NCBI GenBank assembly: GCA_963514005.1
Contig: OY740795.1
Coordinates: 744,001-808,000 of the forward strand
Reading direction: 5' to 3'
Length of the DNA: 64,000 bases
Source: Raja brachyura
Lineage: Eukaryota
The position numbers and the translations under genes were made by a program. Below are positions 37,081 to 50,300 of this stretch, piece after piece; position 1 is the first letter of the stretch; every line of letters starts with the position of its first letter. A model generated the notes under the pieces. The model was not told where the DNA came from. It was given only the letters and a program-made list of their open reading frames with translations, and did no database searches.

Positions 37081-38379
37081 CTGGGAAAGGATGAAAACAG
37101 AAATCGTTTAATTGTGTGGTGTCCGCGTTGGTGGGAGGGAGCAGACGGAATAATTTAACCCTGTGTCGCCGATAGTAGAGATTATTTATGTAACGAATCA
37201 ATATTTGGGACAATCACCCGTCAAACGTTTGCCAGAGAGATGTTCATTTAGTAAATTATTCAGTTCGTGATTACCAAAATTAGTAGGATTGTCTTATGTA
37301 TAAAAGCATGACATAAAGATGGAAATATCAGTACAAAGAGTAATCCAATTTTGGTATTCAGTAATTAAATCTGCAAATGATTAAAATCCTGTTTAACAAA
37401 ATTAGTGGGATTGCCTTTTGTACTAATCGGCACAATATTATATCAATCGTTTGATGTTGATGTAAAATATAGAACATTTTCAACAGGACGGACATTGTAT
37501 CTAAAAAAAAAGAAATCAACAATCCAAATTACGGTCGGTCAAATCAGAATTAAGAGGGGATCCTCCCAATATCAAATATTTGATTTCATTTTTATAACGG
37601 TAAATGCAAATGCGCATCGTTATTTTTATTGCTGAGACGTGAGCAACGTTTGCGTCGGGGCATTGAGTCAATCGAGGTCTGTATTAACGCGGTCTGTTTT
37701 GCATTGGGCCTTCGAGAATGCATTTCCGAACATGAGACCAAGGTAAGGATTTCAGTGCAGCGCTGCAAATATAATTACAAACACCCTTCACAAACACGGC
37801 TAACAACATAACGGGCAGGTATTTTCTGCCGAACAGCGGCGCAAACAATGTCTCATGAGGACATAGGCGACGTATCAGCTCGAGCCCCTTCTTCAGACTC
37901 CGATCGGAAGAATGATCCCAACTCGATACGTCGACTGCGTCGGTCCTCCAGAGATGCTGCAAGACTGGCTGAGTTTTAACCAGATCTCTGTTGTTACTGC
38001 ACGATCGCTGCTCTTGTAGTTTACAATATCTGTATTTCTTTTTTGACCAGCAGGTTGTTCGTACGACCTTCAAATCTGTCTCCGGAAACTATCCCTATGA
38101 GAATTTAAGAGCGATACAGAAAGTGCAGTATCAAAATGTCTGGACGGGGTGTATTTAGCGTTCTGCCCAATGCAGTACGCACAGTGGGACATAAGCTGCC
38201 ACTCACAGCGAGGACGAAGTTTCGCTTCACCTCGCTACAGCGCAAGTACCGGCATTGAATTTGGAAAAACAAGCTGCGAGGGCTACATTTCTGCGAACTT
38301 CAATGAGCGGCATCGATCATATATACCAACGCGCTACCTCGCGCCCAAGATGCACATCGCTGACTTTATTTTAGTTTAG

Positions 38380-38595
38380 GGATATAGCGCGAAAACGGGA
38401 CCATCGACGCATCAAATCAGCACCGATCACGCGCCTACACACACACAAGGGGCAATTCATTTTTATTTTATGGAGCATGGGAGCAAATCGAAGATCTCGG
38501 GGAAAACCCAAAAAGATACGGAGATAACGTACAACCTCCGTACAGACAAACGCTGTAAGACAATTGCTCAAGCGCTGCGCCAGCGTGCCGCCCTA
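38380..38595 (-). mobile_element. tRNA-derived SINE in the GPCR intron
   Basis: Paralogue of 12530-12715. Confidence 0.65.
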
Positions 38596-38695
38596 ACCCG
38601 TGCTGGGCTACCCGGTATGTTCTCTTAATCTTTAATATTCTACGCTTTTCAAACAGTCTTTGTTAGTTCCATGCGATGTGCCGACCATTACATAC

Positions 38696-38768
38696 CAGGT
38701 ATACCGATTGCTGCCAAAATCGGATAATACACAAGTCCTATTTGTTCCTCAATCGGAATGCCGTGCAT
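38696..38768 (-). CDS. GPR139-like GPCR, exon 1 (MHGIPIEEQIGLVYYPILAAIGIP, phase 1)
   Basis: ATG at 38768 and a GTATGT donor. Splices in frame across a 1615-bp intron to give ...IGIP-V-NLMAIV (complete TM1). Conserved in the paralogue at 12818-12890. Confidence 0.9.
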
Positions 38769-41700
38769 TTTAATGCAAAGGTCCAAGCGATCACTCCTTG
38801 TACTGCCGCTCAGCGGTTGTTAGCGAAATAAACAGATATATGGCATATTTATAAAGTGAATGACGGGGAAAACAGGCAACGAGCTAACATCCCTGTGGAC
38901 ATTACTTACACATTTTTGAACAAACATCTACTGTTTTTCACGTAATGCTCAACATCACCGTATTCGCAAACTGTGGCCCCCTGGTTCTGGACTTCCCCAA
39001 CATTGGAAACATGGATCGTGCCTCTTGCGTGTCCAAACCATTAATACTCGTATATGTTTCAATCAGATTCCCTCTCATCCTTCTAAATTCCAGAGTATAC
39101 AAGCCCAGCCGCTCCATTCTCTCAGCATATTACAGCCCCGCCATCTTTGGAAAATAACCATGTGAACGTACGCTGCATTCCTTCAGTACAAGACTATTGG
39201 ACCGGCTAGATGCAGTCAAAAATATTCCGGACATTGAGGGAGTCCAGAAACAGAGGTCACAGTGTACGAATGATGGTTAGGCCATTTAGAAACATAGAAA
39301 CAGAAAATTCGATGCAGTAGTATCACGCTCGCCCCCTCGAGCAGCAACGCCATTCAATATGGTTCATTATGGTTGATCATCTAAAATGATCATGTTTATT
39401 CCAATATTCCTGTTTATTCCACATATCCCTTGATTCATTTGGGCCCAAGAGCTAAATATAACTATTTGAAACGTGCAGTGAATTGTCCTCCGTTGTATTC
39501 TGTGGCCGGAAATTCCACAGATTCACAATTCTCTGGGTGAATTACGTTTTCCCTCATCACAGTCCTAAATGGCCTATCCTTCTCCATAAATGTTGAGCCC
39601 TTGCTCTGGACTGCACGAACATCGGGAGCACGTTTCATGCATCTAGCTTGTGTACAATCCTTTAATAATATTATATGTTTCTATCAGATCCCCTCTCATC
39701 CTTCTAATTGGCAGTGAATACAAGGCGACTCAACCCATTATTTTACCATATGCCAGTCCCGCCATCGCGGGAATTAACCTGGAGTACCGGCGCTAACCTT
39801 CCTCAATAACAATCATGTCCTTTCTCAAATTAGGAGACCAAATGGCTCACCAATACGGTCCCATCAGGGCCCAACGCAACTTAGGACTGAGATGTGGAAA
39901 ATCTGTTTGACCCAGAGTGTTGTGAATCTGTGGAATGCTGTACCACAAAAGGAAGTAGAGGCCAATTCAGTGGAAGATTTCACGAGAGAGTTAAGGTTAG
40001 CTCTTAGGACTAAAGTGATCGAGGGATATGGGGAGAAAACAGGAACGGGGTATTGATTTTAAATAGAGACATCGAAGCATAGAAATAGCTGGTGCTGTCC
40101 ATTCGGCCGTTGAACAGACATGCATTTTGATCATGGTTGATGAGCCACCATCAGTGATCCGTGCCCGACATCCCCCCATGAATCTTGATTCTCCCAGGGC
40201 CAAGAGCACTATCTAGCTCTCTTTTCATTTCATTCCATTAATTAGCCTCCGCTGCCTTCTGTAGCAGAGAATTCCATAAATCCACAAATCTCTGGCTGAA
40301 AAAGATTGTGCTCATCTCAGTTTTAAATGCCCTCCCCTTTACTCTTAGACGGTGGACCCTGGTTCTGGACTCCCCCGGCACTAGGATGGGTTTTCCTCCA
40401 TCTAGCTTGACCAATCGTTTTATAATTTTAAATGTTTCTACACGATTCCCCCTCATTCTTCTCAAATCCATCTTTCCAATTTTTCCTCGTATGACAGTCC
40501 CGTCATACCGCGGATTTTACTTCGGAGTCACGTGAGTGATTCCCTGAAGAAGACTCGTCAGGCCGCATGCGCGTCAGTACGTCAGGCGCATTGACGCACG
40601 GAGGCTGTGTGGAACAGAGCTCCTCCAGCGATAAGAATTCAGACTCCTGGTAAGTGAAAAACTTTCACTGGAGTTCAATTCTGTTCTTGCCGGTACGCTT
40701 ATCTACCGATCGCTAGCAATGGACAAAAAAGGGAAAGGAAAGCGGCTAGCCGCAGCCAGCCGCGGTAGTACAGGTTTGGAATCGCTGCCACATACCCCTG
40801 ACACAGTCGCTAGCTACAGAGTTATCGACTGCAAACTTAGTGCTGCACAGCACAGACACAGCGCCATTAGATCTGCTAGGCCCACGGAGTCGGGGATGAT
40901 TCCTCACCGGGGCTGGATAGAGTGTGTTCACGCCTATCCCAAGTGGAGGATATGTTGTGCACAGTACTCCAGCAAACTACACTCCAGGAGAAGGATTGTC
41001 ATCGCCACTCAGAGCCAGACGCGCCAGATAACCCCTTCACATTTGAGGGGAGTATAATGGGTCAGATTAGTCCTGACCTCGAGTTTGATGGGCAGGTCCA
41101 GCCAGGAGAAACAATGGATTTACCAGATGTTCCACCCCTGGCAGTACCATTTGCTGTCCCATCGGGAGCAGGAGAGCCGCTAAGAGAAGAACTGGGCGCT
41201 CCAATGTATTATATGGTTTGTCACCAGCTCCAGGTGCTCACTGTGGAAGAGACAGCCAAAAAACATCAGCCTCCTAAAAATTGTGAGTTGTTAAATGTAA
41301 CAACTGTTAATCAGGTCGTATGGGGTCAGATGGGAACCGGCATGCGAAATCAAGAGATCAAGTTGCAGAGGGCCGTAAAATTATTGGGCTCTGGAAGCAC
41401 GGCGTTCGCAAGAACAATGGATGGTGGTTATGTGACTCGAACACATTAAGAGTTTCTGGGGTTGCTAGGTCGCACCCATTTTGAGATTAACTGTATTAGA
41501 AAAAGGGCTATTAGTCCCACCACGAATCCTAGATTTGCTGCGCTTTTCAAGACAACAAATATCCATCCACCCAACCCACTGTTTGGTGCAAACCTTACTA
41601 AGCAGGTCAAGGAATGAAGAAACAAAAACGATGAGCCTGATGAGACCAATGTTGACCGGCAGACTACTGAAGAGGAAATATCCTTACAGAATGACCACAG

Positions 41701-43398
41701 CTTCCGGGGTTACACCAGGGACAAGCTGGTATTCCATGCTGGGTCGTGGTTGGTACCCTTTGACAGGAGCACGAACAACCATGGGGGCCCCTGCCAGGAG
41801 CTGGGGTCAGCAGGACGCATTAGTGACCAGGGAAGTACTCTTAAGAACATATTAAGTATAACACAGGGGGAAAAATGGTGGTAGATTACGTCTATTTTAT
41901 GAAGAATGGAAGCAGCTTACTTCAGATCTCTTTATCAGGAGTGTGATTCAAGGGTTTCGGATTGAATTCAATCCAAATGATGATTTGCCTCGCCAACATG
42001 TTCTTAGCAGACCACTTTATTTTTTCACAAACAGAGGTAGTACAGGTTCAGGCTGAACTTTAAAATGTGTGTAACAAATGGGTAATTGAGAAGACAGTTT
42101 ATCAAGTCCGTCAATTTGTATCACATATATTTTCCCGTCCCAAAAAAGACGGAGGTGCAGAATTATTTTGGACCTTACAAGGTCAAATCCATTTGTAATC
42201 TGTGGACACTTCAAAATGGAACCGTTGGTTACGGCCAAGCAACTGATTTCCAGGGGTTGTTATATGGCAACCATAGATCTGAAATATGCTTCCTACTCAG
42301 TGCCTGTTCATTGCGAGCATAGAAAGTATTTTAAATTTTAAATACAGGAGCTGTTGAAAGAGAAGGAGGGGGAGGAGCGACACACGACCGGGAAGGATAA
42401 AAATCCAGCGCGGGGCTTACTTTTTCTGAGGCCCACAGTAGCCGTTGGAAGAGAAGGGGGAGGAGCGACACCCAACCGGTAAGGATAAAAATCCAGCGCG
42501 GGGCTTGCTTTTTTAGAGGCCCACAGGAGCCGTTGGAAGAGAAGGAATGGGAGGAGCGACACCCGACCGGTAAGGATAAAAATCCAGCGCAGGGCTTGTT
42601 TACCAAAATCCATAACATTCCATTCGGAGAAGTGGATTTTTTTGGGGGGGGGGTTTAGGAAGCCGCTGATTGGTGGGAAGGGGACTAGGGTAAGCAACTG
42701 ATTGGCCGTCAGATTCCTAGCTGTTTGTAGTGTATTTTGTGTTGAGATTTTATCCTTCGTAAGGGGCGAGTATGAAGGCCAGGGCAGTGCACTGTTTCGA
42801 ATATCAGATGTGGGAGGTCAGGGAAGCTGATAGCCCACCAGACGTCCAGGTGTGGTGAGCCAGGTGTGTCGAGATGGGGCTCCTAAAGGACAGTGTTAGG
42901 AACCTGCAGCGACAGCTCGAGGACCTCCGTCTGGTCAGGGAGAGTGAGGTGGTCATAGAGAGGAGTTACAGGGAGGTGGTCACTCCCGGACCACGGGACG
43001 CAGACAAGTGGGTCACTGTTAGGAAGGGCAAGGGGCAGAGGCAGGGAATGGAGAGTATCCCGGTGGCTGTACACCAGGAAAATAGGTACTCATGTTTGTG
43101 ATCAAATGGAGCGGACAGCAGGGGGCAGCAACAGCGGCCGGGCCTCCGGCACAGAGAAGGGCCCTGATGCTCAGAAGGGTAGCAAAAATAGGACGGAATT
43201 GTAATAGGGGACTCCATAGTTAGGGGGTCAGATTGGCGATTCTGTGGACGCAGTCGGGAGACCCGGATGGTAGTTTGCCTCCCTGGTGCCAGGGTTTCGG
43301 ATGAGTCGGAACGTGTCGAAAAGATTCTGAAAAGAGAGGGAGAGGAGCCTGATGTTGTGGTGCACATTGGTACAAATGACATAGGCAGAAAAAGAGAA

Positions 43399-46300
43399 TG
43401 CTCCACTAACATTCAAGATAAAACTAAAATATATACTTAATAAAATGACTACTTGGAGATTTAATCTCCAGATATTACAGGATAAAGACTGTTGTAAATA
43501 CGTAATGGAACAGATTAAATTATTTTTTGAAACTAATGACAAACCTGAGGTTTCATCAGCATTACTTTGGGACACATTTAAAGCGTATATGCGTGGTGCA
43601 ATAATATCAGCACAGGCTCATTTTAATAAAGAAAATAGAAAGCTGGAACAAAAGTTAGAAAATGAGATAAAACAACTGGACAGTGAAAACATAAAACACC
43701 CTTCTAAAGAGCTAAGTAATAAAATTGCAATAGCTAAATATAGACTTAATAAAATATATTCTAATCAAGTCATTAAACTATTTCAACAAACCAAGCAAGT
43801 GTACTTTGAGTTTGGAGACAAACCACAAAAACTGTTAGCACGACAGCTTAGAAAATCAGAAGATGAAAAATTGATACATAGAATTAGATCTACGGATGGA
43901 AATATATTGACGATACCAAAAGATATTAATGACAGATTTTTACAATACTATCAAAATCTTTATTCATCTAAGGTAACATGTCAAAAACAGTTGGTATTGA
44001 TACATTTCTGCAAGAGTGTCAAATTAATAATCTAGATCAGGAAGGTAGACATTTGTTAAACGCTGAAATAACAGTAAAAGATATTGAAGAAGCAATTAGT
44101 TTGTTAAAGAATGGAAAAGCAGCGGGCCCTGATGGCCTGAGTGCTGAATTTTATAAAAAAATTCAAGACTTGATTTCCCCAAGACTACATACAGTATATA
44201 GATACGCATATGAACAAGGCAAATTACCAGACTCTTTAAACGAATCCACAATTACACTCATACCTAAGGTAGATAAGGATTTGGAAGATCCAGGATCATA
44301 TAGAGCGATCGCACTTCTGAATACAGATAAAAAAATATTAACTAAAGTTTTATCTCAGAGATTAAGATTAGTGATTTCTAAATTAATACATCATGATCAA
44401 ACATGTTTTATTCCAAAACGCTATTCATCCCATAATCTTAGACGCCTGTTTAATATTATATATTCAAAAAAAGTACGGGACGGGGATCTAGCAGTTATAT
44501 CGCTAGATGCGGAAAAAGCATTCGATCAGGTGGAATGGTTATATTTATTTAATATAATGGAAAAGTATCAATTGGGGGATAGATTCTGTAAATGGATAAG
44601 AATTCTATATTCGAATCCAACGGCAAGAATCTTAACTAATCAAATGTTATCAGCTAAATTTAAACTCTTTAGGGGTTGTAGACAGGGATGTCCATTATCG
44701 CCTTTATTATTCGCTTTGATGATAGAGCCTTTGGCGGAAAGAATCAGATCTGAACCTGAAATCTATGGCTATAATACCGACACTACAACCAACAAAATAT
44801 CTTTATATGCAGATGACGTGTTGATTTATATTACAAAACCGGAAATTAGTATACCAAAGCTGTTTAATGTTATAACTAAATTTGGTACATTTTCTGGATT
44901 TAGGATTAATTGGAACAAAAGTGATATTATGCCTATAACAGGAATTAATTTAAACATATTACAACAATATCCATTAAAATTAGTTAAAGATACATTTAAA
45001 TATTTAGGAATTAATGTAACTAAATCTTATAACTCGCTAATTAAATCTAATTACCCTCTACTATTAGATAAACTTAAAAAAAATATTCTGTATTGGAAAA
45101 CACTTCCTATATCCATGATTGGTAGAATAAATGCTGTAAAGATGGTGTTTTTACCACAATTATTATATTTGTTTCAGGCTATTCCTTTTTTTCTCCCAAA
45201 GACTTTTTAAAAAAAAATAGATAATATTATTTATAGTTTTATTTGGGATTATAAAAATCATAGAATAAGTAAAAAACATTTATGTAAATCTAAGATAAAT
45301 GGAGGATTAGCAATTCCAAATTTTTTATATTACTTTTGGGCAGTTCAGATTAAGAATATGAATTTTTGGTGGGTAAATGTGGATCAGGAACCAATGTGGT
45401 TAAAGATGGAAAAGGAAGATTGTTTACCTTATAAGGTAGGCTCGATTCTCTTTGCTCCAAAGGATGTACAAAAAAAAATGTATAGGGATAACCCTATAAT
45501 TTATAATAATGGACGTATTTGGAAACAAATAGTTAAGACTTTACAATTAGATAATCTTTCATTCAGACTACCAATAATGAAAAACCCATTATTTAGACCC
45601 TCTATATTGGATGGAGGGTTTAGACATTGGGACGATTTAGGAATTAAAAGGATAGAACACCTTTATAGTAAAGGAAAATTTCTTTTATTTCAAGAGTTAC
45701 AAGAGATTTACGGACTGTCTCCGCAACATTTGTTTAGGTACTTACAAATTAGAGATTATATAAAATCCAACACACAAGATTACAAAAATAAAGTACCAGG
45801 ATTATTAGATGATGTGTTTAATTTACATCCAAATACAGAAAAATTAATAGCATATATATATAACATAATTTTGGATAAGGAGAAACCAACAACTGAAACA
45901 TATCGGCAAGTATGGGACAAAGAAATTGGGTTATCTATATCAAAAGAAATCTGGGAAGAAAGTTTACAGCAAATACATCGGTGTTCGTTAAATGCCAGAC
46001 ATACACTGAAACAATTTAAAGTATTATATAGATTACATTACTCAAAAACTAAATTAAATAGTATCTTTCCCAATCTCTCTGCAATCTGTGATAAATGTAA
46101 GAATTTAGAAGCAAATTTAACACACAGTTTTGCTACATGTTCCAAATTGAATCATTACTGGACAGAAATTTTTAAGGTTATCTCTGAGGTTTTTAAAATT
46201 AGATTGGATCCAGACCCAAAGATAATAATACTTGGAATTTTGGATTCAAACTCGGTCCTTACAGTAAATCAAATAAATTGCTTTGATTACTGTTTGATAA

Positions 46301-46892
46301 TAGGGAAAAAATTAATATTGAAATTTTGGAAGGGAACTTTAACCCCCACAATTAAAATGTGGGCGGCAGAAATGTTGGAGACGTTACAATTGGAAAGAAT
46401 CAGATTTGTCCTACTGGACAAATATAATTATTTCGAACAAATATGGTCTCCATATATACAGTACCTAGAGATGTAGCTGCTCTTGACAACACAGCTTGAC
46501 GGGTACCCTGCGGGACTTGATGAGATTAACATATTCTTATACTAGGATAAATAAGCATGTCTTCATTGATACTATTATTTGTAATAGTTCTAGATAAAAC
46601 ATATCTGGTTGTTTTTCATTTATATATATATATAATATTTTTTTATTTTTCTGGTAACTTTATTTTCTTTTTCTATTTTCTTTTTCTCTTTTATATAATC
46701 AAATTATTATTTAATCACTCTCTTATTGATTTAAAACTACTCTATCTCTATCTTTTTTTCCTAAAAAATAGAAGATAATATCTTTCAATGGGTTATTAAC
46801 AAAATATTTTGGAATTAAGTTGATGTTTGCAAAACTGTTTACAATATTGTAAATCGATTACTTCTAATAAAAGAAATTAAACAAAAAAAAAA
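43399..46892 (+). mobile_element. 5'-truncated L1-clade LINE; ORF2 with two frameshifts
   Basis: ORFs 43445..44035, 43978..45210 and 45358..46476 carry WRFN, KAAGPDG, DAEKAFD, RQGCPLSP, LYADD and a C-terminal CxxC..HxxxxC. AT-rich 3' UTR, AATAAA near 46867 and an A-tail. Confidence 0.93.
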
Positions 46893-47360
46893 GATAGTCC
46901 GAGGTAGACAAAATTGCTGGAGGAACTCAGCGGGTGCGGCAGCATCCATGGAGCGAAGGAAGTAGGCAGCGTTTCGGGCCGAAACCCGGAAGGAAATAGG
47001 CAACGTTTCGGGCCGAAACCCGGAAGGAAATAGGCAACGTTTCGGGCCGAAACCCGGAAGGAAATAGGCAACGTTTCGGGCCGAAACCCTTCCGGGTTTC
47101 GGCCGAAGCGTTGCCTATTTCCTTCGCTCCATAGATGCTGTCGATTTTCCAGCATCTGCAGTTCCTTCTTGAACAAGGGTCACTAATCAGGCAGATAGAA
47201 GTTCTGACTGTCTGACCTTTTTTTGGGGAGAGCATCCGTAACAGGGATTAACGCATTTACACAGATCTACAAGACTAAAATCTGCAGATCTGAAGGTTCA
47301 GAAATTAAAAAAAAAAGTTTTCTTTCAATAAAAGTAAATTGAAATTTAAAAAAAAAAAAA
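46893..47360 (+). other. 3'-transduced flank carried by the L1
   Basis: Lies between the L1 A-tail and a second AATAAA (47327) plus A-tail (47348-47360). The 12-bp TSD AGAAAAAGAGAA occurs at 43387-43398 and 47361-47372. Confidence 0.8.
46903..47175. repeat. Palindromic Penelope-derived repeat with a 34-bp tandem array (AAGGAAATAGGCAACGTTTCGGGCCGAAACCCGG x4)
   Basis: Left and right arms are reverse complements; the tandem unit is directly visible. Confidence 0.8.
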
Positions 47361-50300
47361 AGAAAAAGAGAAGAGGACCTGAAAGGGGAACTTAGGGAGT
47401 TGGGGGGGAAGTTAAGGAGAAGGACCAAATGAGTAACAATTTTAGGATTACTGCCTGTGTCACGTGACAGTGAGAGTAGAAATGGAATGAGGATAAATGC
47501 GTTGCTGAGGGACTGGTGCAGTGGGCAAGGATTCAAGTTTCTTGATCACTGGGACCTCTTTTACGGAAGGCATTATCTGTATAAAAAGGACGTGTTGCAC
47601 TTGAACCCGAGGAGGACTAATATCCTGGTGGGGAGATATGCAAAGGAGACTTTAAACTAGAAAGGCTGGGGGGAAGGACTCGGGGAGAGGGGGCTAGGGG
47701 ACGGGGTGAGGGGCAAGAGGCAGAGAAGGGAAGCACTCGGACCCACATGTAGGCGAGAAAGAGGAAAAAGATAATAAACTGAGAATAAGGGATGGTGGGT
47801 TTCTAAAATGTGTTTATTTTAATGCTAGGAGCATTGTAAGAAAGGTGGATGAACTTAGAGCCTGGATTGATACCAGGAAATATGATGTTGTGGCAATCAG
47901 TGAAACATGGTTGCGGGATGGGTGTGATTGGAAACTAAATATTCCAGGATTCCGTTGCTTCAGGTGTGATAGAATTGGAGGGAGCAGAGGTGGAGGGGTT
48001 GCATTGGTTGTCAGAGAAGATATTACATCAGTGCTTTGGCAGGACAGATTAGAGGGCTCGTCTTGGGAGGCTATTTGGGTGGAACTGAGAAGTGGGAACG
48101 GTATAGCAACACTTTTAGGGATGTATTATAGACCGCCAAATGGTGAGCGAGAATTGGAAGAGCTAATATGTAAGGAGACAGCAGATATTAGTAGTAAGCA
48201 CAAGGTAGTGATTGTGGGAGATTTCAATTTTCCAAAAATAGACTGGGAAGCACATTCTGTAAATGGGCTGGATGGTTTGAAATTTGTTAAATGTGTGCAG
48301 GTTAGTTCTTTTCTGCAATACCTAGACGTATCGACCAGAGAAGGGGCAGTGCTGGACCTCCTGGTAGGAAATGAGGCAGCACAGGTGACGGATGTATGTG
48401 TTGGTGAGAACTTCGGGACCAGTGATCACAATACCATTAGTTTCAATATAATTATGGAGAGAGTCAGAACTGGACCTAGGGTTGAGATTTTTGATTGGAG
48501 AAATGCTAACTTTGAGGGAATGCGTAATGATTTAAAAATAGTGAATTGGGATATTTTGTTTTATGGGAATGATGTAGAAGAGAAATGGAGGACATTTAAA
48601 GGGGAAATTGTAAGAGTACAGAATCTTTATGTCCCTGTTCGGTTGAAAGGAAATAATAAAAATCAGAAAGGGCCATGGTTTTCAAGGGATATTGGACACT
48701 TGGTTCGAAAAAATAGAGACATCTACAATAATTATAGGAGGCATGGAGTTAATGAGGTGCTGGATGAGTATAAAGAATGTAAAAAGAATCTTAAGAAAGA
48801 AATAATAAAAGCTAAAAGATATGAGGTAGCTTTGACAAGAAAGGTGAGATAGTAAATCACCTGCCACAGCTATATTAATAGCAAAAGGATAACGAGGGAT
48901 AACATTGGACCATGAGAGAGCCAGAATAGGCAGCTGTCTGCAGAGCCAAAAGAGATGGGGGAGATATTGAACAATTTATTTCCTTCGGTGTTCACCAAGG
49001 AGAAGGATATTGAACTCTGTGAGGTATCGGAAAAAATAGAGTAGCTATGGAAACTATGAGATTCATAGAGGAGGAAGTACTGACACTTCTGAAAAATATA
49101 AAAGTGGATAAGTCTCCAAGTCCTGACAGGATATTCCCTAAGGCATTGAGGGAAGTTAGTGTATAAATAGCAGGGGCTCTGACAGAAATATTTCAGATGT
49201 CATTAGAAACGGGAATAGTGCCGGAGGATTGGCGTACTGCGCATGTTGTTCCATTGTTTAAAAAAGGGTTCAAGGAATAAACCTAGCAATTATAGACCTC
49301 ACAATTAGTTTGACGTCAGTGGTGGGCAAATTAATGGAAATAATACTTAGCGATAATATATATAAGCATCTGGATAAACAGAGTCTGATCAAGAACAGAC
49401 AACATGGATTTGTGACTGGAAGGTCATCTTTGACAAACCGTCTTGAATTTTTTGAAGAGGTTACCAGGGAAATTGATGAGGGTGAAGCAGTGGATGTTGT
49501 CTATATGGATTTCAGTAACGCCTTTGACAAGGTTCCCCATGGAAGGTTGGTTAAGAAGGTTCAATCTTTGGGTGTTAATAGCGGAGTAGCAAGATGGATC
49601 CAACAGTGGCTGAATGGGAGATGCCAAAGAGTAATGGTGGATGGCTGTTTGTCAGGTTAGAAGCCGGTGACGAGTGGGGTGCCTCATGATCTGTGTTGGG
49701 TCCACTGTTTTTTGTCATGTATATCAATGATCTAGATGATGGGTTGGAAAATTGGATCAGTAAGTATGCAGATGATATTAAGATAGGGGGTGCTGTGGAT
49801 AATGAAGTAGATTTTTAAAGTCTACAGAGAGATTTCGGACATTTTGAAGTGGGCTGAAGGATGGCAGATGGAGTTTAATGCTGATAAGTGTGAGGTGCTA
49901 CATCTTGGCAGGACAAATCAAAATAGGACCTACATGGTAAATGGTAGGGAATTGAGGAATGCTGTGGAGCAGAGGGATCTAGGAATAACTGTGCATAGTC
50001 CCCTGAAGGTGGAATCGCATGTAGATAGGGTGGTAAAGAAAACTTTTGGTGTGCTGGCCTTTATAATTCAGAGCATTGTTTATAGGAGTGGGGAAGTAAT
50101 GTTAAAATTGTACAAGGCATTGGTAAGACCAATTCTGGAGTATGGTGTACAATGTTGGTTCTACTTATAGGAAGGAGGTCAACAAAATAGAGAGAGTACA
50201 GAGGAGATTTACTATAATGTTGCCTGGGTTCCTGCAACTAAGTTACAGAGAAAGGTTGAACAAGTTAGGTCTTTATTCTTTGGAGCGCAGGAGGTTAAGG

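Noticed and set aside
37081-37213. N-terminal 44 codons of the 350-aa ORF as the GPCR start
   Set aside because: This is intron read-through: there is a clear acceptor at 37081, and a conserved exon 1 at 38696-38768 completes TM1.
46953-47090. 34-bp palindromic repeats as a CRISPR array
   Set aside because: No spacers, head-to-tail units and a vertebrate context.
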